Positions 10,053-21,111 are shown, counted from the stretch's first letter. The stretch: DNA of 64,000 nt from an uncultured bacterium (GCA_903895695.1 CAITUY010000085.1:25052-89051); one strand, 5' to 3'. Notes: generated by a model not told the origin, from the sequence alone. Numbers and translations: made by a program.

Positions 10053-10712
10053 ATGTCAGATGACAAGCTCGAGAGTGACGGCGCCGAGAAGGAGACCGTG
10101 GCGCGTTTCGTGAGATCCAGATTGATCTCCGGCTTGTTCGTGTTGGTCCCAGTCTGGGTCACGATTGTCGTGATCGGCGCGGCCTTCGGCGCCATGTCGT
10201 CCCTACTGGCGCCCCTCGTCCGCATGGCGCCGTGGACCCTGTCGCCGTTGGCGGAGCGGGCGATTTCGGTCGTGGCGTTCGTGTTGCTGGTGTTTCTGTG
10301 CGGCGCCGTGGCGAGCCGCATGCTGGGGCGCCGCCTGCTGGCATGGGGCGAGTCGCTTATCCTGCGCGTCCCCCTGGTGAAGAGCATCTATTCGGCCTCC
10401 AAGCAGGTGGTGGATGCCATCTCGCTGACCAAACAGGCGGCGTTCAAGTCGGTGGTGCTGGTGGAGTACCCGCGGCCCGGCCTGAAAGCCATCGCCTTCG
10501 TGACAGGCGTCTCGTCGGACGCGGCCGGCCGGCGCTGGTGTCGGGTATTCATACCCGCGGCGCCTCCGACCTCGGGGTTCCTGGAACTCATTCCCATCGA
10601 GGACGTGGAGGCCACCGACATGAGCGTGGAGCAGGGCCTCAAGATGGTCGTTTCCGGCGGGTTCATTGCGCCGGACCGCATTGCCACGCATCCGTTCAGG
10701 GAAGAGACCTGA
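10053..10712 (+). CDS. DUF502-family membrane protein
   Basis: GGAGGATAG RBS then ATG 10053; LISGLFVLVPVWVTIVV TM, LILRVPLVKSIYSASKQVVDAI..FKSVVLVEYPRPG..GFLELIPIEDV characteristic of DUF502. Confidence 0.7.
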   Translation: MSDDKLESDGAEKETVARFVRSRLISGLFVLVPVWVTIVVIGAAFGAMSSLLAPLVRMAPWTLSPLAERAISVVAFVLLVFLCGAVASRMLGRRLLAWGESLILRVPLVKSIYSASKQVVDAISLTKQAAFKSVVLVEYPRPGLKAIAFVTGVSSDAAGRRWCRVFIPAAPPTSGFLELIPIEDVEATDMSVEQGLKMVVSGGFIAPDRIATHPFREET

Positions 10713-10721
10713 ACCTGTCGC

Positions 10722-11573
10722 ATGAGGAGGCGTATGCAGGAACTGGGCTGGTCGGTGCTGCGGGTCGGCGGGGCGACCTACGTGGGGCTGGCTCTCTGGA
10801 TGTATTTCCGCCAGGCGCATTACGTCTATTTCCCGGCCCGCGAACTGCGCCTGACGCCCGCCACGACGCGGCTGGCCTACGAGGATATCCGGGTGACCAC
10901 GGTGGACGGCGAGACGATCCACGGCTGGTTCGTGCCGCACCCGCAGGCGCGCGGCACGGTGCTATTCTGCCACGGCAACGCGGGCAACATCGCCGACCGG
11001 ATCGATTCCGTCTGGCGTCTTCACGACCTCGGTTTGAACGTATGCCTGTTCGACTACCGGGGGTATGGACTCAGCTCAGGCACGCCCACGGAGGAGGGCA
11101 CCTACCGCGATGCCGAGTCCGTCTGGGAGTGGCTGACCGTGACGCGTTCGCTTCCCGCCGATCGCATTGTCGTGTTCGGCGAATCGCTGGGCGGGGCCGT
11201 GGCGGCCTGGGTGGCGGAACGGAAGCAGCCAGGCGCGCTGATCCTGGAATCGACGTTCACCTCACTGCCGGATGCCGCGGCCCGCGTGTACCCGTTTCTG
11301 CCGGTCCGCTGGCTCTGCCGTTTCCGGTACGACACGCTGGCGCGCCTGCCGCAGATCGCCTGCCCGGTAATGGTGGCCCACAGCCCCGATGACGACATCA
11401 TTCCTTTCGCACAGGGAGAGAGACTTTTCAACGCCGCCCATGAGCCCAAGGTGTTCCTCACGATGAAGGGGCCGCACAACGGGGGACGCGATCAGACCGG
11501 CAGAGCCTACGACGATGCGGTGGATGGCTTTGTCACGCGGGCCCTGGGACCCCGCCCGGCTACGGTTCGATGA
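10722..11573 (+). CDS. Alpha/beta hydrolase (BAAT/prolyl-oligopeptidase-like fold)
   Basis: GTVLFCHGNAGN...VVFGESLGGAVA nucleophile elbow (GxSxG), acid/His in AHSPDDDIIPF...GPHNG. Confidence 0.75.
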   Translation: MRRRMQELGWSVLRVGGATYVGLALWMYFRQAHYVYFPARELRLTPATTRLAYEDIRVTTVDGETIHGWFVPHPQARGTVLFCHGNAGNIADRIDSVWRLHDLGLNVCLFDYRGYGLSSGTPTEEGTYRDAESVWEWLTVTRSLPADRIVVFGESLGGAVAAWVAERKQPGALILESTFTSLPDAAARVYPFLPVRWLCRFRYDTLARLPQIACPVMVAHSPDDDIIPFAQGERLFNAAHEPKVFLTMKGPHNGGRDQTGRAYDDAVDGFVTRALGPRPATVR

Positions 11574-12024
11574 TACTGATGTAACCTTGCGAGCGTTTCC
11601 GGAAACTCCCGGTCGCCAGGTTGCCGTCATCGATCTTCTGGTCGATCTCCAGCATGCGGTCGTCCTGCATAGCGGCGCCGAAGTAAACCGATACGCCGGC
11701 GGTAAACCCGAACGTTTGGTAGTCCCAGTCCCATTGGCCGCCGACCGGCGTGGTCTCGGTCCAGTGCATGCCCGCGAGATACGCATCCATGCCGGGCGGG
11801 ACGACGCCGGGCTGCCCGTCCGGCGGGTAATGGCCGACATCCATCGTGTAGTTCTGGAAGGCCGCGCAGGCGACCCGCAGGTCGTTAATGAACTGAGCGT
11901 TCTCGGTGTTGTGCCGGGCCAGGAAGAACGAGGGTATCGCGATCGCAAGAAGGAGGCCCACGATCGCCACCACGATCATGATCTCAAGCAGCGTGAATCC
12001 CGTATGCGAATATTTCGCCTGCAT
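11560..12024 (-). CDS. Prepilin-type N-terminal cleavage/methylation-domain pseudopilin (type II secretion / type IV pilin-like)
   Basis: MQAKYSHTG|FTLLEIMIVVAIVGLLLAIAIPSF: class III signal peptide with G|F cleavage site and Glu+5. Start 12024. Confidence 0.8.
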   Translation of the reverse strand: MQAKYSHTGFTLLEIMIVVAIVGLLLAIAIPSFFLARHNTENAQFINDLRVACAAFQNYTMDVGHYPPDGQPGVVPPGMDAYLAGMHWTETTPVGGQWDWDYQTFGFTAGVSVYFGAAMQDDRMLEIDQKIDDGNLATGSFRKRSQGYISIIEP

Positions 12025-12149
12025 AAGTGCGCCCGGACGCGAAAGCCGACCACACTGTATACAAGCGCCGTATCGACTTAAAGCGATTTTTTGTGGGGAC
12101 CCGCGCGACGTCTGGCGTCCCGGCATCGGGCGGGTGGCGCTGGTGTCGT

Positions 12150-13369
12150 CTACTCGTGGCGAAGGCTCTCGATGGGGCTGAGGCGGGCCGCCCGCCAAGC
12201 GGGGTAGAACCCGAAGAACACACCCACTCCGGCGGAGAACGACAGGGCGAGAAGGACGGACCCCGGCGAGATCAGCACCGGCCAGTGGTTGACCTGCGCC
12301 ACGGTCAGTGCGGCGCCAATGCCCAGCACAATGCCCAGGATGCCCCCGGCGCCGGCCAGCGCGACCGCTTCGACCAGGAACTGCAGCAGGATGTCGCGGC
12401 GACGGGCGCCCACCGCCATGCGCAGACCGATTTCGCGCGTCCGTTCCGTCACGGACACCAACATGATGTTCATGATGCCGATGCCGCCCACCACGAGCGA
12501 TATCGAGGCGATGACGGCCAACAACACCGTCATCAGGCTGGAAACCTTTGTGATCGTCTGGGTGATCTCGGTCATGTCGATGACCGTAAAATCGTCCTCG
12601 GCTCCCGGCGCCAGGCGATGACGCTGCCGCAGGATGCCGGCAATGTCTTCACGCGCCTGGGCCAGCGTGTCCATGGACGTGAGGCCGATGAGGAGCTGGT
12701 TGACGTTGTTGAAGGGGGAGTTCTGCAACACGCGTCGCGTAGTCGTCCAAGGGACGAGGATGGTATCGTCCTGGTCCTGCCCGAAGGCCGCGCTGCCTTT
12801 GCGCGTCAGCACGCCGATCACGCGGAACGACATGTTGCGGATACGGACCATCTTGCCGACCGGATCATCGTCGGCAAACAACTGATCGACCACGGTCTGA
12901 CCCAGGATGCAGACGCGTACCCCGGTGTGCATATCGTTTTCAGTGAACGGCTCGCCGGAGGCCAGGTCCCAGCTTCGCACGGGCAGATAACCGGTTCCGA
13001 TGCCCTGAATGGAGGTTGCCCAGTCGTTCTCGCGGTAGACGATTTGGGCACCGGTGCGGACGATGGGGCTCATGGCCGCCACGTAGGGGCAATCCTTGAG
13101 AATCGCATCGCCGTCTTCGGCCGTGAGTGTTTGCTGCGTGCCGGAGCCTCCGCGGAAACCCCCGGTGCGCTGGCTGCCGGGGAATACCATCACCAAGTTG
13201 CTGCCCATGGTGCTGATCTGGTCTTTCATGGATACGGAGGCGCCCTGGCCCACCCCTACGACGGCGATGACGGCCGCGATTCCGATGATGATGCCCAGCG
13301 CCGTCAGCAGGGACCGGCCTTTGTTTCGCTGCAGGGCGCGCATGGCGATCCGGACCGTGACGACGGCAT

Positions 13370-13373
<4 letters not shown>
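12150..13373 (-). CDS. ABC transporter permease, MacB/FtsX family
   Basis: MacB periplasmic domain plus C-terminal FtsX four-TM bundle (GGIGIMNIMLVSVTERTREIGLRMAVGARRRDI). Confidence 0.85.
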
Positions 13374-14035
<662 letters not shown>

Positions 14036-14043
14036 GGCGGCTC

Positions 14044-15276
14044 TCAGCGTCGGCGCGTGCCGGGCGGCATCGGCGGGGCGAAGGGGTTGACCGTTTCCGT
14101 CTTTGACGCCTTGCCCGTGGTGTCCGCCAGCCCCACAATGACGGTGCCGCCTTCCTGCAGCGAACCGGCGTCCTTGAGTTCCGTGAACGCCCCGTCGCTG
14201 ATGCCCAGAACGACCGGCACCTCGGTCGGGGGCGCATCCGGTGCCTTCTGTATCCAGACTACCTTGCGGGCAACCTTCCCCGGCCGCGGTCCCTTTGGGG
14301 GTTCGTCCGCCGCCTTGGTCCCACCGCTCTCCGGCTTGAACCGTAGGGCCGCGTTCGGCACTTTCAACGCCCCGGTGCGGCGGTCGACCTCGCAGGTGAT
14401 GTTCGCGGTCATGCCGGGAAATAACTTCTTGTCGGGGTTTTCGGTGCTGATGACGACCGGGTAGGTGACCACATTCTGGACCGTGGCGGCCGCCAGCCGT
14501 ACCTGCGAGACCTTCCCGTGGAAAGGCTCGTCATACGCGTCGACGGCGCATGTCACCGGCTGCCCGGGGCGAACCTTGCCGATATCGGCTTCCGGGATGC
14601 TCGCTTCGACCTGCACCTGCCGCAGGTCGGTGGCGATCGTAAACAACACCTGGGCCGACATGCTGGCTACCACCGTCTGACCCTCGTTGACATTGCGGGC
14701 CACAACGACGCCATCCACGGGCGAACTAATGGTCGTATAGCTGAGGTTGGCCTTGGACAGCCGTAGCGACGCTTTGGCTTGTTCCACGGCGGCCAGGACA
14801 ACCTTCAGTTGAGCCGCGAGCGAATCGCGCGTGGCTACGGCCGCGTCCAGGTCAGCCTGCGACAGCATATCGCGGCGGACGAGTTCCTGCGAGCGGGCGA
14901 GGTCCTTTTCGGCTTGTGACAGCTTGGCGCGCGTCTCCTCCACGCTGGCCTCGCTCTGCGCCAGGTTGGCGGTGTCCTGGGCCAGGTGCGCCTCGTACAC
15001 AATGGGGTCGATCTGTGCCACCAGGGCGCCGGCCTTGACCTCGTCGTTGTAGTCGACATAGAGCTTCGTGATGGGGCCGTTGACTTGCGTGCCGACCTGC
15101 ACAAGTTTGATCGGCTGCACGGTGCCGGTGGCCCGCACGGTCTGGACCAGATCGCCCCGTTCGATCCGCGCGAAACGGTACTCGGTTGGCTTGGCGCTCT
15201 TCGCGTGCCACCATGCCCATCCCCCGCCCGCGGCGAGAGCCGCGCCCACGACTACGATCAAAATCCAGCGTTTCAT
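14044..15276 (-). CDS. macA: Efflux periplasmic adaptor (HlyD/MacA family membrane fusion protein)
   Basis: N-terminal TM anchor, coiled-coil hairpin, lipoyl/beta-barrel domains; start at MKRWIL. Confidence 0.8.
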   Translation of the reverse strand: MKRWILIVVVGAALAAGGGWAWWHAKSAKPTEYRFARIERGDLVQTVRATGTVQPIKLVQVGTQVNGPITKLYVDYNDEVKAGALVAQIDPIVYEAHLAQDTANLAQSEASVEETRAKLSQAEKDLARSQELVRRDMLSQADLDAAVATRDSLAAQLKVVLAAVEQAKASLRLSKANLSYTTISSPVDGVVVARNVNEGQTVVASMSAQVLFTIATDLRQVQVEASIPEADIGKVRPGQPVTCAVDAYDEPFHGKVSQVRLAAATVQNVVTYPVVISTENPDKKLFPGMTANITCEVDRRTGALKVPNAALRFKPESGGTKAADEPPKGPRPGKVARKVVWIQKAPDAPPTEVPVVLGISDGAFTELKDAGSLQEGGTVIVGLADTTGKASKTETVNPFAPPMPPGTRRR

Positions 15277-15278
15277 GG

Positions 15279-16655
15279 TCATTCTTCCCCTATGGCGTGT
15301 TTGATCTGGGCCAGGGCCGTCTGGTAGTCGAAGCGCGCCTTGACCTGGTCGGCGCGAGCCTGGATAACGGCCACCTGGGCATCGGTTAGTTCGACCGACG
15401 AGGCCTGGCCCAGACGGTAGCGCTCAGTCGCCAGGCTCAGGCTCTCCTGCGCCTGGCGGACGATCAGCGCGGTCAGGTCCATCCGCTGGCGGGCGCCTGC
15501 CAGTTGGGCCAGAGACTGCGTGAGGACGAGATAGATCTGTTGGTCGCGGTCCGCGACCTGCGCACGAGCCGATCGCAACTGGGCAGTGGCCTCTGCAATG
15601 CGCGCCGTCTTGCGGCCGCCGCCGAACAGCTCGAACGCCGACTGGAGCGCGCCCGACCAGTTCCACACGAACGGCAACTGGGATCCGGTCACCGTGTAGC
15701 TGGCCTGCAACCCAAGCGAGGGGTAGAGGTCGGCGACGGCGGCATCGACCGCCGCGGACGCGACCAACTCCTGGTCGCGCAGCGCCCGCAGCTCGGGATG
15801 ATGCTCGCGCGCGGCGCTTATCAGCGTGGCGAGGTCGCCGGGGATATCCGCGAGCAGGCTTTCGCTCAGCCGGTAGCCCGGTTCCTCGGCGAGCCCGAGA
15901 CTTCGGTTCAAAGCGGCACGGGCGGTCGTGAGCCCATTGCGGGCTACGATCAGGGCCAGTTCCGCATTGCCAAGATCGACCTCGGCCTTGGTAACGTCAT
16001 ACCGGATGCGGCGTCCCACCTCGGCAAACGCCTTGACCTGGTTCAGGTGCTCTTGATACTGCCGCACGGCTTCCTCGGATACCTGCACCAGTTCCTGGGC
16101 CCGCAGCAGGTCGAAGAAGGCCGTCCGAACCGCGTAGGCCGTGTCGTTGCGCGCGGTGCGCAGGTTCTCGTCGGCAGCCATCTCGGCGAGGCAGGCCTGG
16201 CGCACCAGGGCGGGCGTCTTGCCAAAATCGTACAGCAGAAGATTGAGACCCAGCGACCCGTTGTACGCGCCGGTCGTGCGGGTACTGTGGGGCGTACCCG
16301 CCGCGTTCGCGGTGCTGCGCCCATAGCTGGCGTTGGCGTTCACGCCAGGCCAATAGGCGGCGCGCGTCTCGTCGACCTGGGCGGTCGCGACGGCCAACGC
16401 CTGGCGCGCCTGCGCCCCGGCCGGATGGTTTGACAGGGCGATGCGCACCGCATCGTCAAGCGAGATCACCGAGTTGGACGTCAGCCCGATCTCGGCGGCG
16501 CGAACGGTCCGCTCGCCGGCCGGCGCCCGGGCGTCCTGCTGGGCCAGGCGCGCCTGCCTGACGGTCGCACAGCCCGCGACCATGCAGCCGACCAGGGCCA
16601 GCAGCGTCCCGGCCCGCCCTGCGGCAAGACCCCGGTGTGTAAGGCGACCCCTCAT
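15279..16655 (-). CDS. tolC: TolC-family outer-membrane efflux protein
   Basis: Lipobox/signal peptide LALVGCMVAGC, two OEP repeats; start chosen at ATG 16655 forming ATGA overlap with marR stop. Confidence 0.8.
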   Translation of the reverse strand: MRGRLTHRGLAAGRAGTLLALVGCMVAGCATVRQARLAQQDARAPAGERTVRAAEIGLTSNSVISLDDAVRIALSNHPAGAQARQALAVATAQVDETRAAYWPGVNANASYGRSTANAAGTPHSTRTTGAYNGSLGLNLLLYDFGKTPALVRQACLAEMAADENLRTARNDTAYAVRTAFFDLLRAQELVQVSEEAVRQYQEHLNQVKAFAEVGRRIRYDVTKAEVDLGNAELALIVARNGLTTARAALNRSLGLAEEPGYRLSESLLADIPGDLATLISAAREHHPELRALRDQELVASAAVDAAVADLYPSLGLQASYTVTGSQLPFVWNWSGALQSAFELFGGGRKTARIAEATAQLRSARAQVADRDQQIYLVLTQSLAQLAGARQRMDLTALIVRQAQESLSLATERYRLGQASSVELTDAQVAVIQARADQVKARFDYQTALAQIKHAIGEE

Positions 16656-17131
16656 GGCGTGCTCCCCGATGCGGCACATTCGCCGGGCGTTTCGGTCGGC
16701 GGTCCGGCAATCTTGCGCATTAACGCCAGGAAGACGTCCTGTTCGCGGGTCGAGAGGGCGCCGAGCATGACGCTGCAGAAACGCTGGTGCATGCGCCGCA
16801 TGCGGGCGAAGTGCTGCCGGCCCCCGGCAGTCAGCCGCACGTGCACCGTGCGTCGGTCCTGATCCGAGCGCCGGCGGCCGACAAGTCCCTTGGCCTCCAG
16901 TCGGTCGATCAGGGCCGTCAGGCTGCTCATGCCGCATACCAGGGAACGCGCCAGCTCGCTCATCGTCCAGTCCTGCCGCTCCCCGAGCGCATGGATGACC
17001 CGGAATTCCTGGCGTGTCAGCGGGGCGTGATCGCGGCAGGCGGCTCGCTCCCGGTGCAACGTGCGCCGCGCGAACAGGGTCAGGTAGCGGTCGAGCTCGG
17101 CGGCCCTGGCGGAGATGTCGTTTGGCTTCAT
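16652..17131 (-). CDS. marR: MarR-family transcriptional regulator of the efflux operon
   Basis: Winged HTH: LTRQEFRVIHALGERQDWTMSELARSLVCGMSSLTALIDRLEAKGLVGRRRSDQDRRTVHVRLT. Confidence 0.8.
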   Translation of the reverse strand: MKPNDISARAAELDRYLTLFARRTLHRERAACRDHAPLTRQEFRVIHALGERQDWTMSELARSLVCGMSSLTALIDRLEAKGLVGRRRSDQDRRTVHVRLTAGGRQHFARMRRMHQRFCSVMLGALSTREQDVFLALMRKIAGPPTETPGECAASGSTP

Positions 17132-17210
17132 GGCGAATGCTTCTATATACGAATATTTCGTAATATGAATGAAGTGGCGGCGCGTGTCAACGGAAAGTTC
17201 TGCGGCGCCG

Positions 17211-17876
17211 TCAGGCGACAAGGTCGGCCAGCGTGAGTTCGGCGACGGTCGGGCGGATCAGGGCCGCGCGGCCGAGTTGGGCGGCCGGGAAACTCTGGGC
17301 CACGGCGATGCAGCGGATGCCGGCGGCGAGGGCGGCGTCGATGCCGTTGACGGCATCCTCGATTACGACGCACGCCGCGGGCGGCAGGTTCAGCGCGTGG
17401 GCCGCGGCGAGGAAGATGTCGGGCGCAGGTTTCTTGTGCTCCACCTTTTCGGCGGTGACGATCGCGTCCCACTCCCGGGGCGGGAGGCCGATCGCGTTCA
17501 GGTTGGCCTCAACCTTGATCCAGTCGGCGCTCGAGGCGACGGCCACGCGCAGGCAGGCAGCGAGGCAGCGGCGGACAAGGGCCACCGCGCCGGGGAATGC
17601 CTTGAGCCGGCCGGGGATCATCTGCAGGTAGAACTCGTACGTGCGCCGCTTGGCAGCCGGCAGGTCCAGGTTCAGGCCGTAACGTGCCGCGACCCCGCCC
17701 AGGTACCGGTCCTCGCCGGTGCCCACGAACGGCCGGAAATCCGCGGGCTGCGCGGTCACGCCCAGTTCCTTGAACATCGCGAGGGCGGCGTCGCAGATCA
17801 GGGGTTCGGAGTCGGTCAGTACCCCGTCCATGTCGAAGATGACCGCGCGCGTTCCGGACGTGGGGGAGGCTGTCAT
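17211..17876 (-). CDS. HAD-superfamily hydrolase (beta-phosphoglucomutase/phosphatase-like)
   Basis: DMDGVLTDSE motif I, S/T motif II, K..D motif IV (IEDAVNGIDAA). Confidence 0.8.
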   Translation of the reverse strand: MTASPTSGTRAVIFDMDGVLTDSEPLICDAALAMFKELGVTAQPADFRPFVGTGEDRYLGGVAARYGLNLDLPAAKRRTYEFYLQMIPGRLKAFPGAVALVRRCLAACLRVAVASSADWIKVEANLNAIGLPPREWDAIVTAEKVEHKKPAPDIFLAAAHALNLPPAACVVIEDAVNGIDAALAAGIRCIAVAQSFPAAQLGRAALIRPTVAELTLADLVA

Positions 17877-17919
17877 GGGGGCGGTTCTCGGTGCTCTGCC
17901 GTTCAGCCGGTCCGCCGGG

Positions 17920-18384
17920 TCAGCGTCCGTGCACGGCCAGATTGAGGAGCACGGCCCCGGTGGCGCCGACGAGCATGCCCGCCGCCACCTCGATGCGGGT
18001 GTGCCCGAGGAGCTCCTTCAGCTTCTGCTCCGACAGGTGATGGGCCTTGAAGAGCTCGTCGACGATCTGGTTGAGGAGCCGGGCCTGCTGCCCGGTGGCG
18101 CGGCGGACCGTGGACGCATCGAACATGACGATCAACGCCAGCGCCAGGGCGACGACGAACCCCGTGCTGCCGAACCCGTCGTTCAACCCCACCGACACGG
18201 CGAGACCGCTTACCATGGCCGAGTGCGCGCTCGGCATTCCCCCGAGGCTGGTCAGGTACTGGAAGTCGATCTTGCCGGTGCGGCGCAGGTTGCCGGCTGT
18301 CTTCAAGAGCCCGGCGGCCGTCCAGCCGATAACCGCTGACCAAAACGACACGTTCTTGAACATGTCTCCCACGGCGTAGTGCAT
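17920..18384 (-). CDS. Divergent PAP2 (acid phosphatase/YuiD-like) membrane protein
   Basis: GGMPSAHSAMVSGLA (PSxHS) motif of DUF212/divergent PAP2. Confidence 0.7.
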   Translation of the reverse strand: MHYAVGDMFKNVSFWSAVIGWTAAGLLKTAGNLRRTGKIDFQYLTSLGGMPSAHSAMVSGLAVSVGLNDGFGSTGFVVALALALIVMFDASTVRRATGQQARLLNQIVDELFKAHHLSEQKLKELLGHTRIEVAAGMLVGATGAVLLNLAVHGR

Positions 18385-18464
18385 GGCGCGGGATCATGGG
18401 GAATCGGTAGGGGTGGGTCAAACGAAAACGCAGAATCAGTGAACGGTGAACAGTCAACAGTGAA

Positions 18465-18612
18465 CAGTTTCCGAGAACCCGTCTGCCACAGGGAGCGGAG
18501 CAGCTTCCGGCTCCGGCCCTTCGATGGCGCTCAGGGCAGGCCGGCGCGGGAAGCCGCGTCGCTCCACAAGAGGCAGACGGGTTTCCGGAAAGCTCTAAGA
18601 GCCAGGAACCAA
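18465..18612. repeat. Copy A of a ~120-160-nt highly palindromic intergenic repeat family (REP/MITE-like), inverted relative to copies B and C
   Basis: Reverse complement reads GGCTCTTAGAGCTTTCCGGAAACCCGTCTGCCTCTTGTGGAGCGACGCGGCTTCCCGCGCCGGCCTGCCCTGAGCGCCATCGAAGGGCCGGAGCCGGAAGCTGCTCCGCTCCCTGTGGCAGACGGGTTCTCGGAAA; near-identical to 28476-28640 and 56120-56245. Confidence 0.8.
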
Positions 18613-18628
18613 GAACAGGAACCACCGA

Positions 18629-20032
18629 TCAGTACGCGTTCTTGCGGGCAAAGAACGTGCGCAGCAGGATCTTGAAATCGAATGAGAGCGACCAGTTCTC
18701 GAGGTAGTAAAGGTCGTACCGGATGCGATCTTCGATGCTCGTATTGCCGCGCAATCCGTTCACCTGCGCCCACCCGGTCATGCCGGGTTTGCATACGTGC
18801 CGCCACATGTAACGGCTGATATCCTCCTTGAACTGCTCGACGAAATGCGGCCGTTCGGGACGGGGCCCCACCAGGCTCATGTCGCCGGCAAGCACATTCC
18901 AGAGTTGCGGCAGCTCGTCGATGTTGTAGCGGCGGAGGAACGCTCCGATCCGCGTTCGGCGCGGGTCGTCCTTCACGGTCCAGACGGGGCCAGTCTCTTC
19001 TTCGGCGTTATCGACCATGGTGCGCAGTTTGTAGATCGTAAACGAGCGCCCGTTCTCGCCGCAGCGCTCCTGGCGGTAGAAGATCGGGCCCGGGGAACTG
19101 CGCCGGACGCAGGCGGCGGCCAGAAGAATGAGGGGCGATGCCACGGCGAGCCCGAACAGGGCGCCTACGATATCCTCGAGGCGTTTCAAGACGCGCTTCC
19201 AGAAATAGTCCAGGGGCCAGAGGCTGACGCCCAGCAGTGGGATGTCGTCGACGACGCGCATATCCATGCTGCCGGTCATAATGCGGAACATGTCCGGCAC
19301 CATGTTGAAAACGATGAGGTTGCGCTCGCAGGCGAGGATGATTTCCACGACACGCTGGTGCCCGAGCGTGCTGTCGGTTACGATCACCTGGTCGGCCGGG
19401 TGCGAGTCCAGGATGGACTCCAGGTCTTCGACGCGTCCACGAATCGCCTCGGCCGGCACGGCGGGATCGGCCGGGGTGGGCCCGGTGGCGACAAACCCCA
19501 CGACCCGCGAGCGCAGGCGCGGTTCGTCCTCCAGGCCGCGCTTGAGGTGGGCGGCAATGGAATCGGTGCCGACGATGAGCACGCGGTTATGGACGGAGGC
19601 CCGGCGGGCGTGTGCCACTTCGAGCCGGAACAACATGAAGCGCTCGATCAGCACCAGCAAGACGATCGTGAAGAAGGCGATGCCCACCGTGAGACGGGAG
19701 TAAGGCGGCTGGGTTCCCGCGGCGAAGGCCAGGGCCGTGGTAAGGAGAATGGCGATGCCGGTGGCCCGAACAAGCCGGGGAATCTTGTTGGCGAAGCCAC
19801 CGATCTGGGGGCGGATGTACAGCTCGAGCGCGCGATAGATGAACAGGAAGAGCAGCGTGGCGATCGCCGCGCCCTTTACGTACATGAGCCGCGGCGGGAT
19901 ACTGTCCACGGCGATCAGGTGACTATCGAACCGGATCCAGGTGGCGGCTAGGAAACCAATGAAGATCGCCGCGGCGTCGGCCAGCACAGCGATACCGCTG
20001 GCCAGAACATCCCAAGTATCTCTCGTGCGCAC
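18629..20032 (-). CDS. wbaP: Undecaprenyl-phosphate hexose-1-phosphate transferase (WbaP/EpsL-type polyprenyl glycosylphosphotransferase)
   Basis: N-terminal TM block, CoA-binding-like middle, C-terminal bacterial sugar transferase domain (PGMTGWAQVNGLRGNTSIEDRIRYDLYYLENWSLSFDFKIL). Confidence 0.85.
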   Translation of the reverse strand: MRTRDTWDVLASGIAVLADAAAIFIGFLAATWIRFDSHLIAVDSIPPRLMYVKGAAIATLLFLFIYRALELYIRPQIGGFANKIPRLVRATGIAILLTTALAFAAGTQPPYSRLTVGIAFFTIVLLVLIERFMLFRLEVAHARRASVHNRVLIVGTDSIAAHLKRGLEDEPRLRSRVVGFVATGPTPADPAVPAEAIRGRVEDLESILDSHPADQVIVTDSTLGHQRVVEIILACERNLIVFNMVPDMFRIMTGSMDMRVVDDIPLLGVSLWPLDYFWKRVLKRLEDIVGALFGLAVASPLILLAAACVRRSSPGPIFYRQERCGENGRSFTIYKLRTMVDNAEEETGPVWTVKDDPRRTRIGAFLRRYNIDELPQLWNVLAGDMSLVGPRPERPHFVEQFKEDISRYMWRHVCKPGMTGWAQVNGLRGNTSIEDRIRYDLYYLENWSLSFDFKILLRTFFARKNAY

Positions 20033-20089
20033 GCCGGGACTCTAGCGCACGCGGGGCGCGGGTGTCGAGGGGAGAGGGAGAAAACCTGC

Positions 20090-20926
20090 CTAGGTCCGAA
20101 TCCACAATTCGGGGCGTGACTCCAGGACTTTTAGGAAGGCGTCGATCACGGCGGGGGGGTGCTGAAACCCCCTGGTTTTCTCCAATTCGGCCAGAATCGT
20201 CGCCCGGGGAAGTTTCGTGCGGTAGGGCCGGTCCGAATTCATGGCGTCGAACATGTCGGCAACGGCAATGATGGACGCCTCGATCGGTATCTGCGACCCC
20301 TTGAGCCCTACGCCGTAGCCGGCGCCATCGTACCGTTCATGATGCAGAACCGCCGCCCGGACCTCATCGCGAAGGAAATCGAGAGACGAGAGTATGGTCG
20401 CCGTGCGGGCGGGGTGTTTCTTGAGGATTTCCCATTCCTCGCTCGTCAGCGGCCCGTTCTTATGCAAAATGGCGTCCGGTGTTTCGATCTTCCCCAGGTC
20501 GTGGAGAGCCGCCGCGCGGGACACAACGTTGACGCTTGTCGAACTCAGTCCCAGCATCTTCGCCAGTTCGACGGAAAGGCGCCTGACCTGCTCCGAGTGG
20601 CCGCGGGTATAGGGGTCCTTCGCTTCCACCGCCTCGACAAGCGCGGTCAGCATCCCGACGTGCGAATCCCGCAACGCTGCTTCCGACTTGGAAAGACGCG
20701 ATAGCGTCCGCGCCTGTTGCACCCACAGGTAGACGAGCAGGACCAGCATGACGGCCAACAGGACCTCGTCGGGGACATAAGCGGCATCCGGTGCGACTGC
20801 CGCGCTGACGAGCCGGTAACAGGTGAACGATGCCGCGAGGACAAGGATGAACCACTGGAACTGGGCCGTGACCAATCTCGTCTTGGGTGGTTGTTCCCGT
20901 GTCGCCATTTCCGCCGATTTTTCCAT
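20090..20926 (-). CDS. HD-GYP domain cyclic-di-GMP phosphodiesterase-like protein with N-terminal TM segments
   Basis: HSEQVRRLSVELAKMLGL...ALHDLGKI...HHERYDGAGYGVGLKG (HD...GYP motifs). Confidence 0.75.
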   Translation of the reverse strand: MEKSAEMATREQPPKTRLVTAQFQWFILVLAASFTCYRLVSAAVAPDAAYVPDEVLLAVMLVLLVYLWVQQARTLSRLSKSEAALRDSHVGMLTALVEAVEAKDPYTRGHSEQVRRLSVELAKMLGLSSTSVNVVSRAAALHDLGKIETPDAILHKNGPLTSEEWEILKKHPARTATILSSLDFLRDEVRAAVLHHERYDGAGYGVGLKGSQIPIEASIIAVADMFDAMNSDRPYRTKLPRATILAELEKTRGFQHPPAVIDAFLKVLESRPELWIRT

Positions 20927-21111
20927 GCCTCGGAACGCCTTCCTGATGCCCGTACACAGAGGGTAGAACGGCGGGATTTGGGAAGCAAGGCTGAACCGAA
21001 CCCGTGCCTTGGCTGCAGCGGAAAACGGCATAAATGGCGTATGGCGCAGTTGACAACGGCGGGACACAGCCATACCATTTGTCCTTTGTTGTCCAAACCG
21101 AATGGTGTCAG

